Source: Clostridia bacterium (lineage in GTDB: Bacteria > Bacillota > Clostridia > RUG12999). From it: DNA of 55,132 nt. Position numbers and translations under genes: made by a program. Positions 37,024-47,018 of this stretch are shown piece after piece (positions within the stretch are counted from its first letter, which is position 1; each line of letters starts with the position of its first letter). The stretch covers positions 1-55,132 of the forward strand of contig JAZNOL010000115.1 of the NCBI GenBank assembly GCA_045580815.1. Direction: 5' to 3'. Below the pieces are notes generated by a model that worked only from the letters and a program-made list of their open reading frames with translations, did no database searches and had not been told where the DNA came from.

Positions 37024-39635
37024 TGAACAAAACCATTATAAGAATAATTTCCGGCTTTCTTTGTGCATTTATTTTTGCGGCAGTATTGCCGAATATGCCT
37101 GCCTTTGCTGCCGAAAGTGATGTTACAGAAGAAAAAATGCTTCTTGAAGCAATCGGTGTGCTTGATACCGAGGCAGAAGAAAACAGCGTTGTTACAAGAG
37201 CAGAGCTTATTAAGAGTGTGATAAAACTCCGAAAAGCCGACAGCAAAATAACAGCAAGCGCCCCGGCTTTTACTGACCTTTCGGAAAGTCATTGGGCATA
37301 TGATGAAATAATGACAGCCTATCAGCTTGGATATATTGAAGCAGACAAACAGGGTAAAATTTATCCTGACAGTCCTGCAAATGGCTCATTTGCTTTAAAG
37401 GTTCTGGTTGATGCTCTTTGCTACAAAGCAATTGCCACAAACTACGGCGGAAATGACAGTGCTTATTTTAAAGCAGCCGGTGTTATAGGGCTTACAGATA
37501 AAATATCTGTTTCCCTGTCAGCACCCATAGAACGAGATGATTATGTAAGACTTCTTTACAATGCACTTATTGTTCCGCTTTCGGAAAGTGTTGTAGAAAA
37601 CGGAACACCGGGTTTTCAGGCTGAATCAAAAAGAAACCTGCTTAATTCGGTTTATAATATTTATCGTACAACAGGCGTTGTTACGGCAAATAAATACATA
37701 ACCCTGGGCGTTAATCCCTATGATGGAGACAAAGATTTCATTATAATTGATAATGCAAAATATTACACGCAGAGTATTGATACAAATGAACTTCTTGGCT
37801 GTAATGTAAAGCTGTATTACGAAATAGACGATGACGATGTTAAAACCGTGGTTTGTGTGCTGCCGAAAAACAATACTGTGGTTACACTTGGCAACAGCAA
37901 CATCAAATACAGTGATTTTAAAATCACGGCTGTGGAAAGAGGCTTAGAAAAAGAGAAGAAATACTCAATCGACATAAGAACAAGTATTATTTGGAACTAT
38001 AAGCTCATAGGTGAAACTGAATTTGCAGCAAAAGTTCCCGGTTTGAGCGGAGAAATGAAACTTGTTGACAATGATTCCAACGGAATATATGATACTGTGA
38101 TTGTCGAAGAACAGAAGGTTATAGAAGTATACGGTTACAGTGCTGATGCAAAAATCATCAGCGGAGCAAACAAGGGTGAAAAATATGAGCTTGAGAAATA
38201 TACAAACGTTATGTATCAGAGCTTTGACAAAACCTTGTCATCACCGCTTATACTTCAGAATGCGAAATATGTTTCGGTGTTTGCAACAGACGGTGATTAT
38301 CGAAATATAGCCATAAGAGAGTGTAAACCGGATATACAGACAACGGTTAACGGTATTTCTGCCTCTGACGGCACAATAGACCTTGAAAACTACGGTACAT
38401 TATATTTATCAAAGAAAATGATGATGAGTGCGTCGGAAATTGAGGTCGGTCAGGAATATATATTCAGCTTTGACTGCTACGGTGATATAATTTATGCATC
38501 AACACTTAATACAGGCAGCAATAATCTTGTATATCTTATAGACAAAAAACTTGACACCGGTTTTGGCGGCTTTGAAATTCTTGTTATGGATTTGCAGGGT
38601 AAAACTGAGGTATATAAATGTGCTAAAAATGTGAGCGTGCGTGAACGCTCAGGAACGGTAAATCCCTATACTCAAAAAGACTTAAACACCTTGCTTTCCA
38701 CAAGACAGCCGATGATTATCCGTCTTAACAACAACAGGGAAGTAACCAGAATTTTTCAGCTTGCAGACCCTCAAAGAGACGATTTGTTTTTCCACGAAAT
38801 AGATTATTTTGAAGGATTCCCCGAAACTGAAAGAAACAAGCTTGAATATCAGAGAAGTAAATTAGCTTTTTCAAATGCCATAATGCTTCGCAGCAACGCG
38901 GTGAAGATGTTTGCTGTTCCGCATAAAGAGAAAACCGATTGTGCAACAGAAGATTTCAAAGTTATAACGCAAGCAAATTTCAGAAGCGGAAAATCATATG
39001 ATATTGGTCAGACAGCTTTCCGTGCAACTGCTATCTGCATGGAAGCAGACGATTTTATTTGTGATTATATGGTTTGGGAATATGCTGACAGTATGAATAA
39101 GCTTGACAGCATGACTTTAAGCTACGGTGCTGTGGAAAAAGCGGCAAGAGCGGTTAATTCCAAAACAGGAGAAACCGGCTGGCAGATAAAAGTAGGCGAA
39201 AAAGAATACTGGCTCAGAGAACAAACTGATGTCAATGGAAATAAAATCGAAACAGGAAGCGTTATTGCCTTTACCAGCGATTACAGCGGCAGTCCCACAA
39301 ACAGTTCTATAAAGGTGCTGTGCGATTTGAATACCGGCAAAATATACACTCAGGGTTCTATGGGGAATTATACAAAAAATGACAGATTCCGTGTAGGAAA
39401 AGCAGAGCTTATCGGCAAAAGCGGCGGAGTGGGAAGATTCCGCGTTACCCGTGACGGTGCCGGAACTACGATTGTTCAGTGCTATAACATATCGGGCAAA
39501 AATGTTTATGTTTACGATGCAAATACAAAGAAATTCAAACAGGAATCTGCGGTGTCATATCTGCAAAAGGGCAATAATGTTATTCTTGGAATCAGTGCTG
39601 ATTCATTGGCAAACATATATATGATAAAACAGTAA
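37023..39635 (+). CDS. S-layer-like protein with N-terminal SLH domains
   Basis: Signal peptide (..PAFA), VTRAELI, FTDLSESHWAY..GYI, then a long beta-rich region. Start overlaps the upstream stop (TAATG). Confidence 0.8.
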   Translation: MNKTIIRIISGFLCAFIFAAVLPNMPAFAAESDVTEEKMLLEAIGVLDTEAEENSVVTRAELIKSVIKLRKADSKITASAPAFTDLSESHWAYDEIMTAYQLGYIEADKQGKIYPDSPANGSFALKVLVDALCYKAIATNYGGNDSAYFKAAGVIGLTDKISVSLSAPIERDDYVRLLYNALIVPLSESVVENGTPGFQAESKRNLLNSVYNIYRTTGVVTANKYITLGVNPYDGDKDFIIIDNAKYYTQSIDTNELLGCNVKLYYEIDDDDVKTVVCVLPKNNTVVTLGNSNIKYSDFKITAVERGLEKEKKYSIDIRTSIIWNYKLIGETEFAAKVPGLSGEMKLVDNDSNGIYDTVIVEEQKVIEVYGYSADAKIISGANKGEKYELEKYTNVMYQSFDKTLSSPLILQNAKYVSVFATDGDYRNIAIRECKPDIQTTVNGISASDGTIDLENYGTLYLSKKMMMSASEIEVGQEYIFSFDCYGDIIYASTLNTGSNNLVYLIDKKLDTGFGGFEILVMDLQGKTEVYKCAKNVSVRERSGTVNPYTQKDLNTLLSTRQPMIIRLNNNREVTRIFQLADPQRDDLFFHEIDYFEGFPETERNKLEYQRSKLAFSNAIMLRSNAVKMFAVPHKEKTDCATEDFKVITQANFRSGKSYDIGQTAFRATAICMEADDFICDYMVWEYADSMNKLDSMTLSYGAVEKAARAVNSKTGETGWQIKVGEKEYWLREQTDVNGNKIETGSVIAFTSDYSGSPTNSSIKVLCDLNTGKIYTQGSMGNYTKNDRFRVGKAELIGKSGGVGRFRVTRDGAGTTIVQCYNISGKNVYVYDANTKKFKQESAVSYLQKGNNVILGISADSLANIYMIKQ

Positions 39636-39655
39636 AATCAGTATGAGGTGTTATT

Positions 39656-42463
39656 ATGGCAAAGGTATATGATTTGGTGGTTTACGGCGGAAGTATAGCC
39701 GGATGTGTTGCGGCAGCGGCAGCGGCAAAAACGGGCAAAAACGTTGTGTTGATTGAAAGAAAATCCTTTCTTGGCGGCGATGTGACATCGGGGCTTATGA
39801 CAGGCTGCGATGAAGAAAATAATGCTGTTATAAAGGCAAAGCTGTTTACTGCACTGAAAAATCACAATGTTGATGTGCTTTTTATGTCCGATTTAACAGC
39901 AGTTGCTGTTTTTGAAAATAATGTTACCGGAGCGGTTATTTCAAACCGCTTCGGTCAGCAGATTATATACTCAAAAGCAATTATTGATGCATCGGGTTTT
40001 CCACGTCTTACCGAAATTGCCGATAACACCGATATGTGGAAATATAGAGGCAGATGTGGATTCTGCCTTAAATATTCAGGTGAAAACATACCGCAGGACG
40101 GTGTATATAAAGTAAGCCAAAATCTCGGAATATGCAAAAACGAAGTATATCTTAGAAAAAGCTTTGACGGTGAGTTGTTTGTAAAATTTTATTTTGAAGT
40201 GTCTTCCAAAAACGGCAGATACCGTGATTTGGCAGACTGGAACTCAAAAGCAACTTTGCTTGCAGGTGAACTTGCAAAAGAACTGACAATTCTCAAAGAT
40301 TTACGTATAATACAGGCATCCTATGAGGTGGAGCTTGCAGACAGCAAAAAGTTTGTTGCAGAAAGCAAATTGCACAGTAACATTATATCTGTGTCATATC
40401 CCCTTGATATATATGGTGGATTTGGCACAGAAGAGATTGAAGCTTGTGTTTCTTATGTTGAAAATGCACTTGACAAGCTGTGCTTTTTCGAGCATGACGG
40501 AAAAATTGCAGAGATAAAAAGCCGGAATATAAAAATTCCTGCGGATAAACTTACAATTAAAAAATTTGACGATTTTAAAATGAAAACCCAGTTGTTTTCT
40601 TTGGAATTTGATTATGAAAAATTTTTGCCTGTTGCAGACAAGGCATCGGTTCTTGTGTGTGGTGGCGGCACAGGCGGTTTTGCATCGGCTCTTGCGGCAG
40701 CAACAGAAACCGACGGAGTCGTTGTTGTGGATGAAAACACCGGCTTTGGCGGAACGCAGACATATGGCTCTGTTTGCAGATATTATCACGGCTATGTGAA
40801 AGGTGAGGCGTTAAGACAAGAGGAGCTTATCGAAAAAAGCTCACCTGTGTATAAAAGGATTTCTTATCACAAACAGCTGACAGAAAAAAACGTAAAACAG
40901 TACACAGGAATAATCGTTTGCGCAACACTTAATACCGATAAAGAAATCAATGGTGTTGCAATAGCAAATTCAGATTTCTGGGGACTTATAAAAGCCGATA
41001 TAACCGTTGACGGAACAGGCAACGCCGATTTGCTCAGGTTCTGCGGTCTTAAAACGCAGACGGGTGCTGACCGTGACGGAAATCTTCAGGATTTTTCGCA
41101 ATCGGTTATAGAACGGTGCGGACTTGACCTTGACGTAATAAACCACAGCAAATATTCCGAAATTCTGCGTGGCATTGAGCTTGGAACAATGCAATACAAT
41201 CTGGGCGATTTTTCCACACAGATTACTCCGAGAGCAACAAGCTGCTTTGACGGCGATTATAAGATAACGATAAAGGACATTCTGTCCGGATATAAATATG
41301 ATGACTGCATTGCTTATGCATATACAGACAGCGATGCCCACGGTGCGCTCAGTGCAATTGTGCATTATATGGGCTTTGTTCCGTATCATGACAAAATTTT
41401 CAAAATGGAAATACCCTACAGAGCATTTATGCCGAAAAATTTCGGCAGATTGCTTGTGGCAGGGAAAGCTCTTTCGGCAACGCCGGATGCGGTCGGATTT
41501 TTCAGAATGACGGCAGATATACTTAACAGAGGCTACGCAATAGGAATTGCGGCAGCAATGGCATCAAAAACCGGCGATGTGAGAAATATCAATTGCGATG
41601 TGTTAAAAGAAAAACTCATCGGACTTGAAATTATTGAAAAAGATAATAAAGACGGTGAAACTGTCATAAATCCGCTACTTGAATGGATTTGCTCTGATAA
41701 AAACGAGGTTGAAGGCAGTATAAAAAAGGAATTTGATAAGTCGAAATCTTTAGAAAGTGCTGTTGCATTGGCTTGGCACGGATATGATGACGGCGTCGAT
41801 GTACTGAAAAACCAGTTGAAATTGTTACTGGAAAAAGAAAAAACCGAAGTTTATTCGGATGATCATCCGAATAAACCCGGCAATAACAAGGGCGGTATAA
41901 TCGGAGAAACCGAAACATACTGGAAAATCAATCAGATAATTACTGTGCTTGCGTTATTAAAAGAAACAAAATGTTCTGATTTGATAACAAAAGCGGTAAA
42001 TGAATTTGAAGCAGGCGGCTTATCTGTGCGTGACAACAATGAGTATGTTTATGGCAGGATTGATTTGCAGAGAATGCCGCATTTTGACAGGCTGAGAGTT
42101 TTGTGCTTTTATATTGAAAAATGCCCTGATGCAAATTACTGTGAAGCGTTGGAAAACCTGCTTGAAAGATGCGGTTTAACAGGGCTTGTATGCACAGATA
42201 ATATAATAGGAAGAAATTATCAAAGTGCATACACAGCTCTTACGGTAATAAGGGCGCTGGCGCGTTGCGGCTCGCCAAAAGGCGTGCAGATGCTTGTCGA
42301 ATATCTTGATGATATTCATTATATTCTGGCAGAAAATGCACACTTTGAGCTTACTGATATATATGGAATTGATTTGGGATACGATGTAAAAAAATGGACA
42401 GAGTATGCCGAAGCAAATATATGCGGAATAACTCCGTATAAACATGACGACAGTAGATTTTAA
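39656..42463 (+). CDS. FAD-dependent oxidoreductase with two tandem FAD-binding domains and a helical (HEAT-like) C-terminus
   Basis: VVYGGSIAG..ERKSFLGG..IDASG and LVCGGGTGG..FGG..VDGTGNADL, EIPYRAFMP..LLVAGK. No signal peptide. Confidence 0.8.
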   Translation: MAKVYDLVVYGGSIAGCVAAAAAAKTGKNVVLIERKSFLGGDVTSGLMTGCDEENNAVIKAKLFTALKNHNVDVLFMSDLTAVAVFENNVTGAVISNRFGQQIIYSKAIIDASGFPRLTEIADNTDMWKYRGRCGFCLKYSGENIPQDGVYKVSQNLGICKNEVYLRKSFDGELFVKFYFEVSSKNGRYRDLADWNSKATLLAGELAKELTILKDLRIIQASYEVELADSKKFVAESKLHSNIISVSYPLDIYGGFGTEEIEACVSYVENALDKLCFFEHDGKIAEIKSRNIKIPADKLTIKKFDDFKMKTQLFSLEFDYEKFLPVADKASVLVCGGGTGGFASALAAATETDGVVVVDENTGFGGTQTYGSVCRYYHGYVKGEALRQEELIEKSSPVYKRISYHKQLTEKNVKQYTGIIVCATLNTDKEINGVAIANSDFWGLIKADITVDGTGNADLLRFCGLKTQTGADRDGNLQDFSQSVIERCGLDLDVINHSKYSEILRGIELGTMQYNLGDFSTQITPRATSCFDGDYKITIKDILSGYKYDDCIAYAYTDSDAHGALSAIVHYMGFVPYHDKIFKMEIPYRAFMPKNFGRLLVAGKALSATPDAVGFFRMTADILNRGYAIGIAAAMASKTGDVRNINCDVLKEKLIGLEIIEKDNKDGETVINPLLEWICSDKNEVEGSIKKEFDKSKSLESAVALAWHGYDDGVDVLKNQLKLLLEKEKTEVYSDDHPNKPGNNKGGIIGETETYWKINQIITVLALLKETKCSDLITKAVNEFEAGGLSVRDNNEYVYGRIDLQRMPHFDRLRVLCFYIEKCPDANYCEALENLLERCGLTGLVCTDNIIGRNYQSAYTALTVIRALARCGSPKGVQMLVEYLDDIHYILAENAHFELTDIYGIDLGYDVKKWTEYAEANICGITPYKHDDSRF

Positions 42464-42476
42464 GAGGATTAAGGTT

Positions 42477-43619
42477 ATGGATTACGAAAAAATTTTACTT
42501 AAAATAAAAAACAAGGCAGATATGCTTATGGAGCGTGTTGATCCGACTGATCCCATGTACGAGGCGTGTTATACCATCGACGGAAAATACAGCGACAGAC
42601 GGGTGCTTATATACAACCCCGAAAACTGGACACATTCGTTTTTAAACGGCATAATCGCATATCTTTATTTCCATTTCAAAGAAGAAAAATATCTTGATTA
42701 TCTGCTTAAACAAAAAGAGATTTATACAACTCTGCTTTTTGATAACGAAAAAGAAATCTCGCATGATGTGGGATTTATGTATTCCCTTTATGCAGTTGCC
42801 ATGTATAAGCTTACAGGTGACAGCGATTTTAAAAAGCTGGCACTTAAAGCGGCAGACGAGATAGGCAAAAGATATCAGTTTAAAGCAAACGTTGTGCAGG
42901 CGTTTTATGATATGAGAGTAAGAGGAATAACAGACGATATTGCTCTTATTATTGTTGATGATATGATGAATATGCAGTTGCTGATGTGGGCATATGAAGA
43001 AACCGGTCACAGCTTTTACAGAAGTGTGTATACAAACCATATTGAAAATTCAATCAAAACCCTTATCCGTGACGATTATTCCGTAAGACATGCATATCAT
43101 TTTGATGCAAGAAGCGGAAGTCCGCTTACAGAGATGAATTATTGCGGATATTCAATCGGAACACATTGGGCAAGAGGCACGGCGTGGATGATTTACGGGC
43201 TGACAGCGGTGCTGATGCACACAGGTGCAAACGAAAGATATTTCCTGCCGCTTAAAGGCGTTGCAGAAAAATATGTGAGTCTGCTGGGCGAAGATTTTGT
43301 TCCTGTATGGGATTTCAGACTGCCGGAGGGTGCACCGCACATGACGGATACATCAGCCGCAGTAATTTCCGCATCGGCGTTTGTGGAATTTGGCAAATTG
43401 AATATCAAAGATGAAGAAAAAAATAAACACCGCAATGTTGCGGAAAATACGCTGAATTCCATATGTGAAAACTATATGGCAGAAGATAGCGCAGAAAACG
43501 TTATTAACGGCGGACAGTCGGGAAATAATGAATCCGGAACAATCTGGGGCGATTATTTCTTCACTGAACTGCTTATGAAAAAACTGCACGGCGATAACCT
43601 GCCGTCATTCTGGCTGTGA
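42477..43619 (+). CDS. Unsaturated glucuronyl hydrolase, GH88
   Basis: HDVGF and IIVDDMMN (the two catalytic-Asp regions), WARGTAW, PVWDF, DTSAA, WGDYFF. No signal peptide. Confidence 0.9.
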   Translation: MDYEKILLKIKNKADMLMERVDPTDPMYEACYTIDGKYSDRRVLIYNPENWTHSFLNGIIAYLYFHFKEEKYLDYLLKQKEIYTTLLFDNEKEISHDVGFMYSLYAVAMYKLTGDSDFKKLALKAADEIGKRYQFKANVVQAFYDMRVRGITDDIALIIVDDMMNMQLLMWAYEETGHSFYRSVYTNHIENSIKTLIRDDYSVRHAYHFDARSGSPLTEMNYCGYSIGTHWARGTAWMIYGLTAVLMHTGANERYFLPLKGVAEKYVSLLGEDFVPVWDFRLPEGAPHMTDTSAAVISASAFVEFGKLNIKDEEKNKHRNVAENTLNSICENYMAEDSAENVINGGQSGNNESGTIWGDYFFTELLMKKLHGDNLPSFWL

Positions 43620-43669
43620 TTTTGAATTTAATAAATATATTGGATTATACATATTTTAATTTGTAGCAG

Positions 43670-43703
43670 AAAAGGTCTCCCTTGCGAAAAGGGAGACCTT
43701 TTT
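43670..43703. terminator. Intrinsic terminator closing the catabolic operon (bidirectional)
   Basis: AAAAGGTCTCCCTT-gcgaa-AAGGGAGACCTTTTT. Confidence 0.88.
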
Positions 43704-43765
43704 GACGATATTTTTCATTATTTTTCTTATATGCTCATGTTATATAAGGGACTAAATTTTTTAAA

Positions 43766-43813
43766 GGCTTACCCTTGAAGGGAAACTGTCACACGGATGT
43801 GCGACTGATGAGG
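43766..43813. repeat. Single degenerate REP-like extragenic palindrome
   Basis: GGCTTACCCTTGAAGGGAAACTGTCACACGGATGTGCGACTGATGAGG forms two small hairpins and ends in GACTGATGAGG. Resembles dispersed clostridial palindromic repeats. Only one copy in the window. Confidence 0.45.
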
Positions 43814-43902
43814 AGTAGATTGCAAAGCGATCATTACCTCTTAATTTGTTTGTTTTTTATAAAGCAGATTGTGTATCATTAGGATCACCGTTAATTGCAA
43901 GG

Positions 43903-44052
43903 TCATACTCGAGTGACCAGTCGAGACCTCTGTATTCTGCCACGCTTTGCTATCCGGTCAACAACGTTTGAAAGATCTGGATCAATGCATATTTCGGTTA
44001 TTCCGTCATTTAAAATATATCCGCTTTGTCCAATCCACTTTATTGTAAGCAT
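43903..44052 (-). pseudogene. Truncated MBL-fold metallo-hydrolase (UlaG-like) N-terminus, 49 aa
   Basis: MLTIKWIGQSGYILNDGITEICIDPDLSNVV matches the WLGQSG...IDPYLS start of this family. ATG is coupled to the upstream TGA (TGATG). Stops before any HxHxDH motif. Confidence 0.7.
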
Positions 44053-45422
44053 CAGCTCCACTCCCTGTCATTTGCCCATTCTTTGTCCCACTCGGTTGTA
44101 GGCTCCCATATTCCGGGGTATTTTTCATGCATATGCTCTGCTATAAGCTCCTCATTCAGCTCGTCAATACCAAGACCGGGCTTGTCTGGAACATTTACAA
44201 ATCCGTCTTTAAACAGCGGATTATCAATTCCGACAGCAAGGTCATTCCACCAGGGAATGTCAACAGAATGGAACTCAACAGCTAAAATATTCTGAACTGC
44301 TGCTGCCGAATGAATTGCCGCCATGCACGCAATCGGGCTTTCTGCCATATGTATCGCCATTGCCACACCGTATTTATCACACATATTACCAAGCTTTTTC
44401 ATTTCCAAAGCACCGCCGACCGTGAGCATATCGGGATGAACCACAGAAACTCCGCCACTCTTCATAAGCGGCTCAAAATTTTCTGCTAAATATATATCCT
44501 CACCTGTACAAATAGGCACATTACAGCTATTGGCAATTTTTACATAATGATCGGTATAGTGCCAGGGTGCAATATCCTCTATCCAAGCAATATTGTATTT
44601 TTCAAGACGTTTTGCAAACATTATGCAGTCTTCAATACAAATATGCCCGAAATGGTCAATCGCAAGAGGAACCTCATAGCCGATTACATCTCGTACCTGC
44701 TTTACATAATCCTCTAAATAATCCATTCCCTTTTGTGTCAGATGAATGCCTGTTGCATGGTGAGGAATTGTAAATACTTCATAATTTTTACCAAGCATCA
44801 TATCCATATCAATCGACCCTTTTTGGTGATTGATTGCTTTCATAGAATATTTCTTTATATCCTCTAAAAATCCGATGGGTGCGTTCAGACAACCCGGCTC
44901 ATCGAGCATAAGCTCAATACCTAAATCCATTTTAAGGAAGGTAAAACCCTGCTCCATTCTCTTTTTAAGAGCGTGTCCCATATCGGTGCCTGTGTGCTTG
45001 CCGTCAACGTCTGTATCACAGTACATTCTGACCTTGTCACGGAATTTACCTCCAAGCATCTGCCAAAGTGGAACTCTCCATGCTTTACCTGCTAAATCCC
45101 AAAGTGCAATCTCTAAGCCCGACACACCTCCGCCCTGACGGGAATGGCCGCCGAACTGCTTTATTCTTCTGAAAAGTTTATCAACGTTACAGGGGTTTTC
45201 TCCAACAAGTCTTGACTTTAACATAAGTGCATAGGTAGCACTTGATGCATCTCTTACCTCGCCGTAACCAACAATACCCTGATTGGTATAAACCTTAATA
45301 AGTGGGCAATGCTTCGGTGCACCGTTAATGTTTGCAACTCTTATATCCGTTATTTTCAGTTCGGACGGATTGGAGCAAAGATTTACGTTTTCTGAAATTA
45401 TTTCTTTTATTGATTGGTTCAT
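44052..45422 (-). CDS. Mandelate racemase/muconate lactonizing enzyme family protein (probable sugar-acid dehydratase)
   Basis: GIVGYGE, SGLEIALWDLAGK, LGGKFRD, metal ligands AID / WIED / TGED, PDKPGLG. Confidence 0.9.
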   Translation of the reverse strand: MNQSIKEIISENVNLCSNPSELKITDIRVANINGAPKHCPLIKVYTNQGIVGYGEVRDASSATYALMLKSRLVGENPCNVDKLFRRIKQFGGHSRQGGGVSGLEIALWDLAGKAWRVPLWQMLGGKFRDKVRMYCDTDVDGKHTGTDMGHALKKRMEQGFTFLKMDLGIELMLDEPGCLNAPIGFLEDIKKYSMKAINHQKGSIDMDMMLGKNYEVFTIPHHATGIHLTQKGMDYLEDYVKQVRDVIGYEVPLAIDHFGHICIEDCIMFAKRLEKYNIAWIEDIAPWHYTDHYVKIANSCNVPICTGEDIYLAENFEPLMKSGGVSVVHPDMLTVGGALEMKKLGNMCDKYGVAMAIHMAESPIACMAAIHSAAAVQNILAVEFHSVDIPWWNDLAVGIDNPLFKDGFVNVPDKPGLGIDELNEELIAEHMHEKYPGIWEPTTEWDKEWANDREWS

Positions 45423-45781
45423 AATTTACGCCTCCAAAAAATTCTTCTTCGTTTTTAGTTGTTATGTATCTTTTTATTAGAAGTTGCTTTTATTATAGCA
45501 TACATTTTATCAGTATAACACCTAAAATACGAGCAAAAAGGTTAATTTTTCGAAACAAAAAGACAAGCATAGAAAAACCGATGTTGTCTTTTTCTATGAT
45601 ATAGTATGTTCATAGTCTTGTGTCAAAGCACAAAAATATAATTTTGACGAGATAGCCCCTTTATTTTTTATATTGAATTTGGAAATCAGTCCGTGAAGCA
45701 GAAAAAAGCACAAAAAACGTGAGTAAAGGACAAGGTTTTAAGCAAAAATCAACAAAAATTAAAAAAATTAAAAAAAGCATA

Positions 45782-45810
45782 TTGACAAATTGACATTATT
45801 GTTGTAAAAT
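45782..45810 (+). promoter_or_regulatory. str operon promoter
   Basis: TTGACA (45782-45787) -17 bp- TAAAAT (45805-45810) with upstream A-tracts. Confidence 0.75.
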
Positions 45811-45900
45811 GATATTTGTGTATTTATGCTTATGCTTGGGAATTTATGCATAATTCCGGGCATTTGTGATGAATATAGATTATATACAGGAGGTGAAACA

Positions 45901-46317
45901 ATGCCTACATTTAACCAACTGGTGAACAAAGGAAGACAGACAGCTGTTAAAAAATCAACTGCTCCTGCACTTCAGAAGGGTATGAACACTCTTAAAAAGA
46001 AAGCTACAAATGCAAGATCACCCCAGAAGCGCGGCGTTTGTACATCAGTAAAAACAATGACTCCCAAAAAGCCGAACTCAGCTCTTCGTAAAATTGCCAG
46101 AGTTAGACTTACAAACGGTATCGAGGTTACAGCATACGTTCCCGGTATAGGTCACAACCTTCAGGAACATAGCGTGGTTCTCATCCGTGGTGGTAGAGTT
46201 AAGGACCTGCCTGGTGTAAGATATCACATTATCCGTGGTACACTGGATACACAGGGTGTTCAGAACAGAAACCAGTCAAGGTCAAAATACGGTGCTAAAA
46301 AAGCAAAAGCTAAATAA
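45901..46317 (+). CDS. rpsL: 30S ribosomal protein S12
   Basis: [41 protein letters not shown]. Confidence 0.99.
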   Translation: MPTFNQLVNKGRQTAVKKSTAPALQKGMNTLKKKATNARSPQKRGVCTSVKTMTPKKPNSALRKIARVRLTNGIEVTAYVPGIGHNLQEHSVVLIRGGRVKDLPGVRYHIIRGTLDTQGVQNRNQSRSKYGAKKAKAK

Positions 46318-46467
46318 GCCGTAAATGTGTGAAATTAAGTTCGCACCAAATTTAATAGTGAGGCGCGAAATTTTATATATTATAAATTTTGAGTCGCACT
46401 ACACGGGCAGCAGAGGCTGCCAGAGTACCTATGAAATCATAGAAAAATTATGAAGGAGGGAAGTACA

Positions 46468-46938
46468 GTGCCGAGAAGATCGTGTGCAGCAAAACGTGAT
46501 GTTTTGGCTGATCCTATGTACAACAGCAAGCTTGTTACAAAGCTTATCAACAATATTATGTACGACGGTAAAAAAGGCGTTGCACAGAAAATTGTTTACG
46601 ATGCATTTGATATTATCCGTGAAAAAACCGGCAAAGAACCGCTTGATGCTTTCCAGGAAGCTATGGAAAACATTATGCCTTCACTGGAGGTTAAAGCCCG
46701 CAGAGTAGGTGGTTCAACATATCAGGTGCCGATCGAGGTAAGACCCGACAGAAGACAGACTTTAGGTCTCCGTTGGCTTACACTTTATGCGCGCGGACGT
46801 AACGAAAGAACAATGCGCGAAAGACTTGCAGGCGAAATTATGGATGCTATCAACGGCGTTGGCGGTGCAGTTAAAAAACGTGAAGATACTCACAAAATGG
46901 CAGACGCTAACAAAGCATTCGCACATTTCCGCTGGTAA
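46468..46938 (+). CDS. rpsG: 30S ribosomal protein S7
   Basis: GTG start, [29 protein letters not shown]. Confidence 0.99.
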   Translation: MPRRSCAAKRDVLADPMYNSKLVTKLINNIMYDGKKGVAQKIVYDAFDIIREKTGKEPLDAFQEAMENIMPSLEVKARRVGGSTYQVPIEVRPDRRQTLGLRWLTLYARGRNERTMRERLAGEIMDAINGVGGAVKKREDTHKMADANKAFAHFRW

Positions 46939-47018
46939 TTACTTTAAAAATAACATTTTAAGGCTTTTTATGCAAAAAGCCGTGCGTTTTAATAGAAAAC
47001 GTGAGAAAGGAGGAGCTT

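Noticed and set aside
24815-39635. Classical cellulosome (cohesin/dockerin)
   Set aside because: No duplicated dockerin Ca-binding repeats (GDxNxDGxxxxxD twice) or recognisable cohesins. The single DNDSNGIYD loop in the 870-aa protein is not a dockerin.
45901-46317. Streptomycin-resistance allele or unusual insert in rpsL
   Set aside because: PKKPNSA and RVKDLPG are wild type. The extra N-terminal loop is normal for many Firmicutes.
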